In this document: positions 49,231-61,604 of the stretch, piece by piece
Numbering within the stretch: the first letter of the stretch is position 1
How the letters are laid out: each line of letters begins with the position of its first letter
NCBI RefSeq assembly: GCF_018350175.1
Contig: NC_058368.1
Span: 106,642,001 to 106,706,000 of the forward strand
From: Felis catus
Lineage: Eukaryota
Length of the DNA: 64,000 nucleotides
Direction of reading: 5' to 3'
Notes under the pieces: generated by a model
Seen by the model: only the letters and a program-made list of their open reading frames with translations
What the model was told of the DNA's origin: nothing
Database searches by the model: none
Position numbers and translations under genes: made by a program

Positions 49231-50089
49231 CTTATCAAAGATACTTAAGACTGTCTGTTTGAAAACGTTCAGTACGCTGCTGTATTTCCTTCATCTGGCA
49301 CATTAGCTGATGCATCGTATGCACTCAGTAAATGTCAAATACATTCATTATTTTATTTATTTGACCTTTAGTTGAATCCGGAAGAGAAGTTGCAGCACAT
49401 TTTCCATGTCTGTGAGCACCAGTGCAAGGGCCCTTGAGTAGTTTGCTCCACTCATCTTGTTTCCATGGTAAACTGAATTCGCATCCACTCCCTGGGGGTA
49501 TGTAGGAGGTTGGCAACGTCTCCGTTAATTGTGAGGTCACCAGTAAGACCTGGCAGTGATGAGTGCTTCCCCACATCACAGCTGTGCAGCTTCCTCAGTG
49601 GTCTCATTCGGTCGCGCTTGAAGCGCATAACTGGGCTGGAATCACATGAGATAAGTGAGGGCTCATCACCATGGTGAGTAGGTCTGCACAATCACCAAGT
49701 GACTAACCCTTTAATAACCAGGAGTACCACTGACTATACGTGCCAGCTCCTTAAGTGCTAGGGTGAGCCGCATGCTTCAAAAAACCTCCGTAGGGCAAGC
49801 AGAGTTAGTTAACAAACTCAAATTGTCCTCATGACTCAACAAAATGAAACATGTAAAATTCTCTTATTTGCTACAAAACAAAAGTCATGTTGTTAGGCTT
49901 TGGGGGAACCCTGACTGATGTAGGCAGGGGAGTGTTTTTCCACTCGGTTTTTGCTGTTGAATTTAAAAGAAACATGAGCACATGTGTTTGACCATCTTGC
50001 GTAGAACTCCTACATTTTCAACCTGAGCAGTGTGGGTTAGGGCAGTAGTTTCTTTGGAATGAACTGAACGAGAGCTTATTCCTGTCTTC

Positions 50090-50256
50090 TTTCTTTTTTT
50101 TAATGTTTATTTATTTTGGGGAGAGAGAGAGAGCATGAGTGGGGTAGCTGAATGGGGAGAAGGAGACACAGAAACTGAAGCAAGCTCCAGGCTCTGAGCT
50201 GTCAGCTGTCACTCACCAACTGTGTTGGACCCTTAACCCACTGAACCACCCAGGCT
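50090..50256 (-). mobile_element. Internally deleted Can-SINE
   Basis: gctccaggctctgagctgtcagc joined to a shortened head. Confidence 0.8.
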
Positions 50257-50319
50257 TTTTTCTTTTGAAGCCACTTCTAGAAAGGGTTAATTCTTATTTC
50301 AAAAAATCGACAAGCTTCT

Positions 50320-52160
50320 ACTTTTCTTCTAAGCTCACTGGCCCTTCCTCTTCAGTCTCCTTTGCTGATTCCTTCTCTGTTTCCCAGTGTTAGGGTCCTT
50401 TGGGTTTGGTTTTAGGCTCTCTTTTGCCCTTTCTCTATACTCCCTTTCGGGGTAACATCACTCCTCCCTATGGATTGAAAGATTATCTTTATGTTGATAG
50501 CTCTCAGACATATGTCTCCAGCTCAAAACTGTGCACTAAACTCCATACTCCAACTGTCTACTTGATTTCTCTACTTGGATGTGTCACAGATGTATCACAT
50601 CTAATAAGATCCCATCAGAAACTTGAAATCTCTGCTCCTAAAATCTGTTTTAGCCTCAGTACTTACATTTACATGTCAATTACAGACCTGTATCTCCCAT
50701 TCTGGAGTACTTAAGCCAGAAACTCTGAAGTCATCCTTAATTCCCTGTGTTATTGTCCCTCCATATCCCAGCATCTAAACCATTAACACATTTGAGTGGT
50801 TGCCCTCTGGTTTGTATGAGTATCTAAAATTCATCTCAAATGTATTTACTTTTCTGCACATTCTTAGTTCAGCCACCGTGTGTTGCTTTTTTGCTCTAGT
50901 CACCATAGGCTTGTGCTTGAACTGTGATAGCTGATGTTAACTGGTCTTCCTGATTCTACTAATTGTGATAGCTGACTTTAACTGGGCTTCCTGATTCTAC
51001 TCTTGTCACCCTATGATTTGTTTTTTTTTTTAATTAAATTTTTTTTGTTTATTTATTTTAGAGAGAGAGAGACAGAATGAGAACAAGGGAGGGGCAGAGA
51101 GAGAGGGGGAGGCACAGATAGGAAGCAGGCTTGAACGGGGCTCGAACTCACGGACTGCAAGATCATGACCTGAGCCAAAGTCAGATGCTTAACCGACTGA
51201 GTCACCCAGGCGCCCTCTTATAATATGTTTTCTAAAAAAAGAACAGGAATGGCTTTCTTGAAAAATTTCTATCTAAACATGCCATCCACTGTCACTTGCT
51301 TCCAATTACATTTCAAATAAAATCTAAATGTCTTATCATAGTCTTCAGAGCTCTCCATGAATTATGCCCTGCCAACCCTCTGTTCTGCTTTTGTTGCTAT
51401 CGTTATTTGTCTGTGACTCCTGCCACTGCCTCAGTCTCCCCGTCGATTCTTTAATGGTGGCTTGGCTCATCTCTAGGCCCTCCTCACTGATAGACTTCAC
51501 TAATGCCACCATTATTTATTGCTTTAATTACAGCAGTGGCCTCCCCAGCAAGTGTTGAGCATTTCAACCTCTTTCAACATTCTTTTAGTACGTTCCTTGC
51601 CTCTTTATTGCTAAGTAATACTGTTACATTATTTATCCTTTGGTTTTCATTTTTAAAATATGTTTTACTGTGACATAAACATGGAGCACAAACATATGTT
51701 GTTATAAACAACAGTTAAAAAGTATACGCTTTTATAAACACCAAGTCAATCTATTGGACTCCTCTCATGTGTATTCCAGGGTCATAGTCTTCATGTATGA
51801 TGGCATCTGCTGCTTTAAATACACCAGTCTTCTCTTGCTTACAGTCTTTTTCACACAGCTGGCTCCTCTGTGTCTTGTCTCCAACGTCTGCTCCTTAGAA
51901 AGGTCGTAATGGGCCACTCTCTCTAGCAGCTCAGTCTCTGCTTTATTTCTCTTAGATCTGTGTTTGTTTCTTCAATGCTACTTTTCACTGTTTCAATTTC
52001 TTAAGTACATTTGTCTGAATGCCTGATTTTTTCTGTCTTTCCCCCTAATGGATGAGGTCCATGAAGACAGGGATTAAATCTCTTTTCAGTTTGAATCTTC
52101 AGTGCCTTGCACACTGTCATGGGACAGGTGTTCAATAGGTACATTTACAACAAATACTAA
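50320..52160. mobile_element. Fragmented ancient L2-like relics (similar relics at ~2960-3530, 18030-18430, 45760-46620, 55370-55800)
   Basis: L2-type motifs such as caactgtctacttgatttctctacttggatgt and gccagaaactctgaagtcatccttaattcc. Confidence 0.5.
51021..51215 (-). mobile_element. Can-SINE (internal deletion)
   Basis: Reverse-complement SINEC motifs. Confidence 0.85.
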
Positions 52161-52610
52161 ATAATCATCAGGAAGATACAGTAGAACATAACAGCTTTTG
52201 GCCGGACTGATACATAAGCTTAGAAGTAGATTTAAAACTGAGTTTGCTCACTGTTTCTCAACTTCCTTTTTTGCATGCTTAAAGAATCCATAGAAATCCC
52301 AAGGGATTAATTTAAAATTCATTAAACTGAATGAATATTGGAAAGTATATGAAAACCAAATTAATGGCTTTTCTTGATATAAGCAAAAATTAGACTATAA
52401 AATGAGAACTGAGCTAACCATCCTAATAACAATAAGTTACCCATTTCGGACACTTAAATGTTAGGATGGAGCATTCACTTTCCTCTTTATACCATTTATA
52501 CCAAAAAAAGTGGTACTATTTTTACTACTTTTCACATCTTCAATGTAGAACAGCTTCTGTTTATAATCTTACTTATGATGTTCTTTATCTGTAATGGAGT
52601 CAAAAAGGAA

Positions 52611-52749
52611 ATGGGTGATGAGCATTGAGAAAGGCACTTGTTGGAATGAGCACTGGGTGTTATATGTAAGTGATGAATCACTAAATTCTACTCCTGATGC
52701 CACTATTACACTATATGCTAACTAACTGGGATTGAAATAAATAAAAAAA
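52611..52749 (+). mobile_element. Carnivore L1 3'-end fragment
   Basis: atgggtgatgagcattga...gagcactgggtgttatatgtaagtgatgaatcactaaattctac followed by an A tail. Confidence 0.82.
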
Positions 52750-54533
52750 GGAACATTTTGAAACTTTTTTAAAATCCCTATCTCTGTCAAACTATGGGAA
52801 AAAGTTAGAGGAGGGCAATGGTTTTCAATAAAGTGGGTGAGAATGCATATTTTTCTTTCATTTGTGGGAGTGAAATGTATTTCTGTGTAATTATTCCGGA
52901 GATGAAATACGACTGTTGAAAGTACTCAGCATAGAAGTTCATCATGAAGCATCCCGTAGTAAAATCTGTAACCAGTGTCCCAGAAAAGATAGATAGTCTA
53001 CAAACCACAGGAAGATTTCATCAGGGTTTATTTTTGAATATGAATCAGATAAGTGATACTGCCGTGGAATGTCTCAAGTTCCTTTCCAGTCATCATTTTC
53101 CTGGGGATCTCTCTGCTCCAGCCCTAGTCACCTTGCTTTTCCTTACACATGCTATGTCAGTCCCATCTCAGGGTCTTTGTTTCTCCTTCTGCTTGGAATC
53201 TTCTCCCCTATAACTTGGCCTGGCCAACTCTCATATTTAGATCTCTGCTCAGATGTCACCTCACCCCAAAGACATTCTCCACATCCCTCTCTAACCCTTG
53301 TAATACTTGGCCCCTGAATTCCTACTGTACACAATTAACTTCTCATTGACCAAATGGGACTTAAGGATATCATAATGAATGTGGGGGTGGTTGGTTGTTG
53401 ATCTCCCTTTCCCCCCGCCCCATCTTCTTTCTGGTGTTGTTCACTCTTAGGGTGTGAGAAGTCACTTGGTAAATTTAGTCACAAAAAGTCTGGTAATTAA
53501 AATATCCACACTCAAAGCATTAAACCATCTAAATTGATTTAAAGTTAAAATCTCCCTGCCCCATGCCCTTCACATGGTGGCTTGCTTAGAGCTAATCACA
53601 AGCAGTGAAGAAGGGGGAGTGAAGTCAAGAGTCCTTGTTATTTCCCCACCTAGGACTTCCATTCCTCCTGCTCAGTGCACTGAGCTTCCTCTGGCTCCTC
53701 TAGGACAGTAACCGTAAGGGAGGAGGGAAAGCAGAGTATGTTTGGGTGACCAATGGTGTCATGGTATGGTGATGGTGTCATGGCATTTTAATTGTGTCAT
53801 GGGATAGTGGTGCTGAGCATTATGTTTGACAAGTGCGTAACATGGTGACTTCCTGTCTCTCCTGGGCCACATTTGTGGGTTTTGGGGAGGCTGTCCTCTT
53901 CAGAGATGCTCCTCAGTCTCTCTGGATCTCTCATATCTACCCTTTGAAGAGGACTAATTCATCTTCTCCAGATGGTCACTTTCAGTTTCTGCTTTGTCCC
54001 TTAGGTATCTGGGGGGGATCCTTCCAGGCTATATTTGAACCTTGTTTTTTTGTGTGTGTGAAATAGAAAACAGACATAAATAAGTGTATAAACTATCAAT
54101 GTAAATTTTATTAATAGTGATAGAGCAATTGTGTGTGTTACTTTGACCCAGTTGAGTAAATAGCAAATTGTATCCCTTCCTGGAGTATATGTAAGTTGTT
54201 GACAAGTCTTGCCAGCCTGGATCACAGCTGCCCCCTGACCTCTGGCTAAATAAAGTCAATGTTCATAAGAATTTTTGAATAGAGGGTCAAATGAATGAAT
54301 AGATAATAAAATTATGATATATTTAGAGGATACACTGTTATTCAGCAGTTAAAAGCCAGGACTATAGAGATTGCTTAATGCCGTTAAGAAACAAAATAGC
54401 TATTAAGCTGTTCTTAAATGGAAAAATAAAACTTTAACACATGTATGCATGTGTAGAGGCACATCTATGCATACACACAGGTGCATGCCCACATATATAC
54501 TTGTGTGTCTGTATGTATGTTAATAGACTAGAA

Positions 54534-54535
<2 letters not shown>

Positions 54536-54570
<35 letters not shown>
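54536..54570. repeat. (AC)n microsatellite
   Basis: Read directly. Confidence 0.97.
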
Positions 54571-54573
<3 letters not shown>

Positions 54574-57500
54574 CTGTGTAATTCTGTATGATGGGATTTG
54601 GGACAATGATCTTCTTTTTTTTATTATATATTTTAAATGTTCTATTTAAAAGTTCTGGTTTTATAATCAGGAGACGTTTGAGGAACAAAAATAGAAAAGA
54701 GAGTTGTAAAACAAAGAAAGAAGGAAAGAAAAACTAAAACCTTAACATGTTGAAATATTGTCCCTGAATCTGCCTTGGGGGTGCTGGGAGTCATTGGGCA
54801 CATAGCACTGAAGGAGGCCTGGAGGTGGAACCCTCAGCCCGCTCAGAAAGCCCCTGTGCCCTCGGCAGCTTATATGTCTCATCGTATTAAACAGTCAGCT
54901 CAAGATAAAGTTCAGAGCCTAATGTAGTAATCTGTCTTCTGCTTTGTAAAGGATGGGGCCTGGCCTCACTATGGATATCAAATGTTGGACGTCTCCCAAT
55001 TGTGAGGTGTTGTGCTTGATGTCAAATCCTCAGTGCAAAATGTTTTAAAGATGAGAGTTGTTTGGAATAATAGTCATATGGCAGGGCCTAGGCTTCCTCA
55101 GATAGCCTCACAAAGGCCGTCTTTTGTTTCAATCCTGTCTTCACCACATACTGATTTGTGACCTTGGGACACAATAAATCTTTTTGAAACTCACTTTTTT
55201 CAGTAAAACCGGTGAGGCTGGCATATGTGTCACAAGCTTGCTGTTTGATTAGATGAAATCAAGCATATACAATGTCTGATACACAAGCGTATTACTTTCT
55301 TCTATTGTTGTTTTCTTATACATATTTTAAAAGAAGTTTGAAAAGAAAAGAGAAAGGACTCGATAATTTTTTCAGCTTCGGTAACTAGAAAAAAGTTGGA
55401 GTCATGAACAGAGATACAAACTCAGAGACAGGCCCTGGTTTGGGAGAACCATCAGACATCTCAAGAGAGATAGTGAGAAGTGAGCAAAGAGGGGCGTGGC
55501 TCTCATATGGAAGCATTGGGCTGAGAAGAGGTTTGGGGATTTGGGTATTGTCTCTGTAGAGGGTGTTCTAAAACCTTTGGGAGGGATAAATGAAGATAGC
55601 AGTTGCTGACCAAAGACCTGCCTTGGAGTGAGGACCATGACCTGTTTAAGGAAACAGAAACAGTTGCTAGAGAAAAGAGCTACAGCAATGTAATATTCGT
55701 GGAGGAGAAAAATGGTCAAGGGTCAAATGCCTTAGAGAGGAGAACAAAGGACAGGAAATTGTGGGTGGCCTCAGAACAATTTCCAGAGCTCAGTGGGGGA
55801 AACTAGAATGCAGGTAGCAAGCAAATTTAGAAAGATGTATTAAAACCAAAACCAAAGTTGGAAATTGGGAGCGTTAGATTCCAGTCCTGACACTCACATG
55901 AACTCTCTGTGTGATTCTCTGCACGTTGTGCAACATCTCTCAGTCTTGGTTTTCTTGATTTTAAAACTCCAGCGATGGCCGGATGATTTCTAAGTTTCCT
56001 TCTACCTTCGTAGTTTCACGATGCTTTCTGAAGCTCTTTGGCAAGGAAAGAAAACAGAATAATGTTAACAATGTGGTCACATGAAAGCTTTTCCTAAAGA
56101 TAGAACTTGGGCTCCCAAGGAAGGCAACATTGGGAATGCCAGAGGGGAGAAATCAAGTAGTGACTTCCCCTCAGATGGAGTCAGTGGAGTAGATGCTGTT
56201 GAGAACAGTGAGTGGATGTGCTTTCTTTTAATCTCAAAAAGGAATAATATATTGAGTTAAAGGCAACATTCCTGAGCTCCTGCTGTGTATCAGGCCTTGT
56301 GATGCCGAGCACTATGCCCAAAGCCTTCCCCCAGAGTAGTTCGTGGTCCGATCAAAGACACACGGAAACCGTAACCAGAGTGGACTTAATAGTGGAACAA
56401 TGGGAAACGTACAGTGTAGAAGTGGATCAGGGAGGCAAGGATTACTTTGAAGAGAGGACAGGACTGGCTGGGTTGTAAGAAACAACCAAGAGGACTTTCT
56501 GGAAAGAGAAAGCAGCATGTGCACTGTACCAAGTTGTGAGCATACAACTAAAACGTACGATGAAAACTGTTAAAATGTACTTTGTTCACACAGTTAAAAT
56601 GTGTTTGTTATGGTTATATATAAAGTTTAAGTAGTAAAAATAAAGGTGGAGAGGTAGGCAAGAGTTTATCATGACCTTTTATACCTTATATATCTTCATT
56701 AAGGATTTACAGTTTCCCCCTGTGGGCGTAAAGGGGAAACATCAAAAGAATAGAGTCAGGAAGAGAAGGGTAGTATTTAAGACAATAGGATAGATAAGAT
56801 GTCATAACTGTATTTTCATAGACTTGCGTGTGTGTGTTGAGTACACAAATGCATGAAAAATCACTCCTATTCATAGTAATATTGAAAATGACATTTTTTG
56901 AAGAAAGTTTCAACTTACATCAATCCAAATGCTTACACTCTGGACTATATGATGCTTTATTTACTTACTAAGATACATACTATACCATTGCCATACAAGA
57001 AAATACTTAAGGGAATAAAGCCAAAGTTCAGGTCATGTAGAGCATCAGATGTTTGTCTGCAGTGTTTTTACAAGCATATCATGATGCCACGTCTTTTCAG
57101 CATTTTCTCTAACGGCTGTTTAGAAAGAAAACATGTGCCTCTTTCAGTATCTCACTAATTCACTACTATACCTATGGTCAGACAGTAATCATCCTCAGAA
57201 CCTCAGGACTCGGACTTTCCTGTTAAGAAATTTGTCATTTGATGTTTTCAGTTATATGGGTTCCTCTTGTTTTTTGGCTACATTTTCCCACATCTCTGCA
57301 CAAGCCAGGCGTCTCCTTAACTGTTAGCTAGACTCCACATCCTCTTTTTCTTTGTTCCTAATATCTCCTCTCCTAGGGAGCAACCTTGCCCTCATCTTAT
57401 CCAGATTCTTCTATCACTCAAGACTCTTCCGATATCCTGAAATTATGATGATTATTATGACATTCCTCATGTCCTTTAACAATTATGCTATTGAGTTCTT

Positions 57501-57647
57501 ATGATATACTCTATACTTTTTAAAATAGGACATTATCAAAGACTCACAGAATGCAGTATGAACCTCATACAAATTTAAGCCAGTCCATTGAAAGCTTACC
57601 TAGAAAACATTACCTAGAAAATGTTGCTATCTAATTATTAAGTCTTT

Positions 57648-57740
57648 CTCCTCCTCCTCCTCCTCCTCCTCCTCCTCCTCCTCCTCCTCCTCCTCCTCCT
57701 TCTTCTTCTTCTTCTTCTTCTTCTTCTTCTTCTTCTTCTT
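57648..57740. repeat. (CTC)17(CTT)14 compound trinucleotide repeat
   Basis: Counted directly. Confidence 0.97.
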
Positions 57741-57925
57741 TTAAAGCAAGAGAGTGTGTGTGTATGCACAAGTGCCTGCGTCAAGGAGGGAAGGGAGAGA
57801 GAATCTTAAGCAGGGTCCATGCTCAGCATGAAGCCCCATGGGTCTCCATCCCATGACCCTGGGATCATGACCTCAGCCAAAATCAAGAGTCTGATGCTCA
57901 ACTGACTGAGCCACCCAGGTACCCC
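57741..57925 (-). mobile_element. Can-SINE whose tail position is occupied by a trinucleotide microsatellite
   Basis: Head gactgagccacccaggtacccc; directly adjacent (CTC)17(CTT)14. Confidence 0.85.
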
Positions 57926-60017
57926 TTTAAGTTGTTTTTAAGTTATGCTTACATTAGAGTTTTGGGATCTATTTAATAGACCGTAATTAACTTGAATTTG
58001 AACACATGAAACATTTATACTGGTTAATTGAAGCAATTCACCAACAGTGTATTTGGCACATGAACCAAATCAAATTTCATGTTGTGATTAGAATTTAGTG
58101 ACAATGTCAAAGCATCTACATGGAGATCAGTATGATTGGTTGTTTATTTAATAAAGCACAGAGGCATCTAAAGAGAACAATAAAATGTCAGAACTAGTAA
58201 GAAAAGAAATGAGCGGTAACTGATTTAATGTAAGTGATGGTAAATTTGCAAAATACTGAAATTCTTTATAAATTGTGAAATGAAAGATAACATTCGATGA
58301 CAATTCGATGACAATTCGATGAACAGATGCCACCATACGAGAATATGCACATGATGACAGAACTAAGGTAAGGGACACCTGTTAAACTTAATTTCATTTC
58401 CAAATTTTGTGTGAAGTGTCTCAGAATAGGGAAAATCATTTTGAAAAATCTAAGAGCAATCTGGGAGAAAAATGCTTATAAAGCTTGCATTCATCTTAGA
58501 TGTTTTGCTGTGTGATATTCGTTCACATACTGTTTTCTTTCCTCCTAAAACCGAAAGGACAATGCTTGCACTACGGTGATTGCTGCATCGTTGTGGATTG
58601 TCGAACACAGGGGCCCTGGTGCCTAGAGGTTAATAGAGATTCGTGTTCTCCCATGGCTTGTAAAATCACAGCGTAGATATGCATTTCTGTTCAGTTAGTG
58701 AGAAAGTGAGGCTTTGGTGGTGACACAGAAAACCTCAAGACTTTAATTCTGCTTTAATGTAAGTCATTAGAGCATTCCCTTTGCTGTAGGATAGTATTCT
58801 CGTCTCAGATAGAAATTCCTTCCCTGCAGAAAGAACACTAAGCACTTGGTGCTAAATCTTCCCTGGACTGAACTGAGTCTGGCACACTGTAGTCAGACAG
58901 TAAATATGTATTGAATGAGTGAGTCACCATTTATAATTATTCCAACGCTTTTTTTTTCCTTTTCCAAAGTAGCCTTCTCATTTTTAAAAATGTCTAGAGA
59001 TAAAGTTCTAACACAGTAGATAATTCTGTTAGGAAGAGGTTTCCAAATCCCATGTTAAAAAATTCTATTTTAGAAAATATTTAACATGGTAATATGGGGA
59101 TACAAAGGTGAGTCAATTTTGATTCCTTGGACTCTTGAGGTCTTCAGTTCACAGTCAAATGTTTGGATGTTTTGATTTATTCTGGTTATTCTAATTAATG
59201 AAATAAAAATTATGGTGAACATTTATTGAGTGGTTACCCAGTCTCAGATCCTATGAAAGGCGCATTGCATGGGCTTTTCAAAAGCGAATGTTCCAGATGA
59301 CCCTATGGGGCTGTTGTATAGATAAAGTCACTGTACCTTTAACAGAGTCATTTAGCTAGTAGTAGACTATGAATCCGAATAATCTTAAGTCCAAAATCTA
59401 TTTTTGCAAGTCATTAAATTTTATGATAGTATGCAATTAAATTTATTTGATTTATTGCTTTAAATCTAATACTTACAACCTTTTGAAAGAATATCAGATT
59501 ATAAATGTATGATTTAGGGAAATTCAGCATGTTTACTTGAGATGTTCTAAGTGAGCATCATAATACTTACTGTTTTAATCATCAGCCACACTGTTTTATT
59601 AGTGACCTTCAGTACTGACTGAACCTCAGAAGCATACTGATATGAGATAAGAGAGCAGGATATTTTTGTGTTTTCACAGTGTGGATCAATATATACCGTG
59701 ATCCATCCTCCATCCATGTGTAGATGTACTCCTACATCTTTAGTGATTATTGTTTCAAGTTTTAAATATTTGTTATTGTCCTTTTTTTTTTTTTATCAAA
59801 TTAGGTTCCGAGGAAAGTTTGTTTGGATTTCTTGTAATTACTTTAAAATTCAACCTAGTTTTAGATGTGAGACAATGAAACCATGTGTGGAAAATAAAAG
59901 GACTCATTGGAAGTCATATTAAAATTACATAACAAATGCCCCAAGTGTATGATATGTGCCTGATATTTTACAAGAATCATCACAGTAAATCTTTTCCCCA
60001 TTATCACCACCTCCAGC

Positions 60018-60022
<5 letters not shown>

Positions 60023-60069
<47 letters not shown>
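60023..60069. repeat. (TG)n microsatellite
   Basis: Read directly. Confidence 0.97.
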
Positions 60070-60072
<3 letters not shown>

Positions 60073-61438
60073 GGAGAGACGGAGAGGGAGAAACAGAAAA
60101 AGAGAAGGGGACAGATAGAGGTGATGGAACTATTATTCTAATACTTGAGATTTTTCTTGGTGTTATAAAAATGCAGTAAAAAAGTGAGAAGTATTTTTAA
60201 ATTATTCTTAAGATGTCTTGTAACATCAATTTGGTATAGAATAAAATGAGATAGCATATTAGCAATCCCCTGGTCTTCCGGTAGGGAAGATGCAATACAC
60301 TTTAATAATTAAAACAAGAGAAAAAGTCTCTTCTGTGCTTTTAAAGAAAAGATACTTTTTTAGTGTAGGTTCAATTTTTCTTAGTATTCAGTTTAGAAGA
60401 ATTACTATATCTGAAGAAGTAAGTATATTATTACTGTGCTAGTTCTAGTGGATCAAATTGAAATGAACTATATGTGATTTTTATATAATCAATGCAAAAC
60501 AGAATTAAGAACTTTGATAGCAGATTGGGTGTGAACAATGCAGGTTCCGAGGGATTATTTCGTCAAAACTGTTTACTAAAGAGTTAACAGAATGGTCAAA
60601 TATATGTATTATATGTATTTTATACAAGTAATATATATTACAGTAGAGTAAAATAATAAAAATGGAAAAGGTCAAGTCATATGTTCTGTGTGGAATATTT
60701 TCCTAGTTATAATATAAATTTATGTTCTAAAAAAGGAAGGAAAGAAATGACTAGGCTTAGCTTCAATATAATAAAAGGATACCTACTTGCTGTAAGTTCT
60801 TTTTATTGATAATAACGTATTTTACAGTTTTTAGCCCTCTGTCCACAATTGGCTAAGTTTAAAAACATGGCATTATATGAAATGAAACATGCTTATGTAA
60901 GTGATGATTCATTTTTTTTCTGTAATTTACTGTTCAAAGGTTTTAAAAATGTTTAGAAGCCTTTAAGAATATTTTATACGATACTTTCAATGCTGTGTCC
61001 CCTGCATTTGCTTTGACATGTTACATGAATTACTTTATTAAATAGTGATTATTGAAATGTTGGACAGTGTGGTGCATGCAATTAAAAACTGTATTGCTCT
61101 TCTGTACATGCCTACATGTAAGTGACCCCATGGGTCTCCCAAAGTGAGCCTTTAACATTCCAGAATTTTTACTGTGCATCTGTTGCTGGCATCTAGCCTC
61201 CCACCCACACAGGCTAAGTCCAACTAAATGAAGTTTATGCTAGCACAATAAAGTATGTAAAGATGAAGTAATAACATGGGAAGACAGTTACCTTATTAGT
61301 CGGGTTGCTGAAATAGCTTCACTAGAAGAATGTATGCACATATGTGAAAGCAAATAGAGTGTGTGTGGGTAGGAAAGCCTAGAAAGTAATTTATTCAAAT
61401 AGTATTTCTTATATATCTTTTTATGTTATATATTCCAG

Positions 61439-61604
61439 ATGGGATTTATACAGCTCAATGAGGACTTCATATTTATTGAACCACTCAATGATACAATGGC
61501 CATAACGGGTCACCCACACCGTGTATATAGGCAGAAAAGGTCCATGGAGGAAAAAGTCACAGAGAAGTCAGCTCCTCACAGTCATTACTGTGGTATCATT
61601 TCAG
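61439..61604 (+). CDS. ADAMTS19: ADAMTS19 coding exon 3 (MGFIQLNEDFIFIEPL...RQKRSMEEKVTEKSAPHSHYCGIIS)
   Basis: Acceptor ttccAG at 61437-61438, phase 0, continues GGGL|MGFI of the ADAMTS prodomain. Donor CAG|GTAATG at 61605. Contains RQKR (61529-61540) and HYCG. Confidence 0.96.

Larger units (their letters stand above)
15997..61438 (+). other. ADAMTS19: ADAMTS19 intron 2 (45,442 nt, GT-AG)
   Basis: Canonical splice sites; the peptide is contiguous across the junction. Confidence 0.9.
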
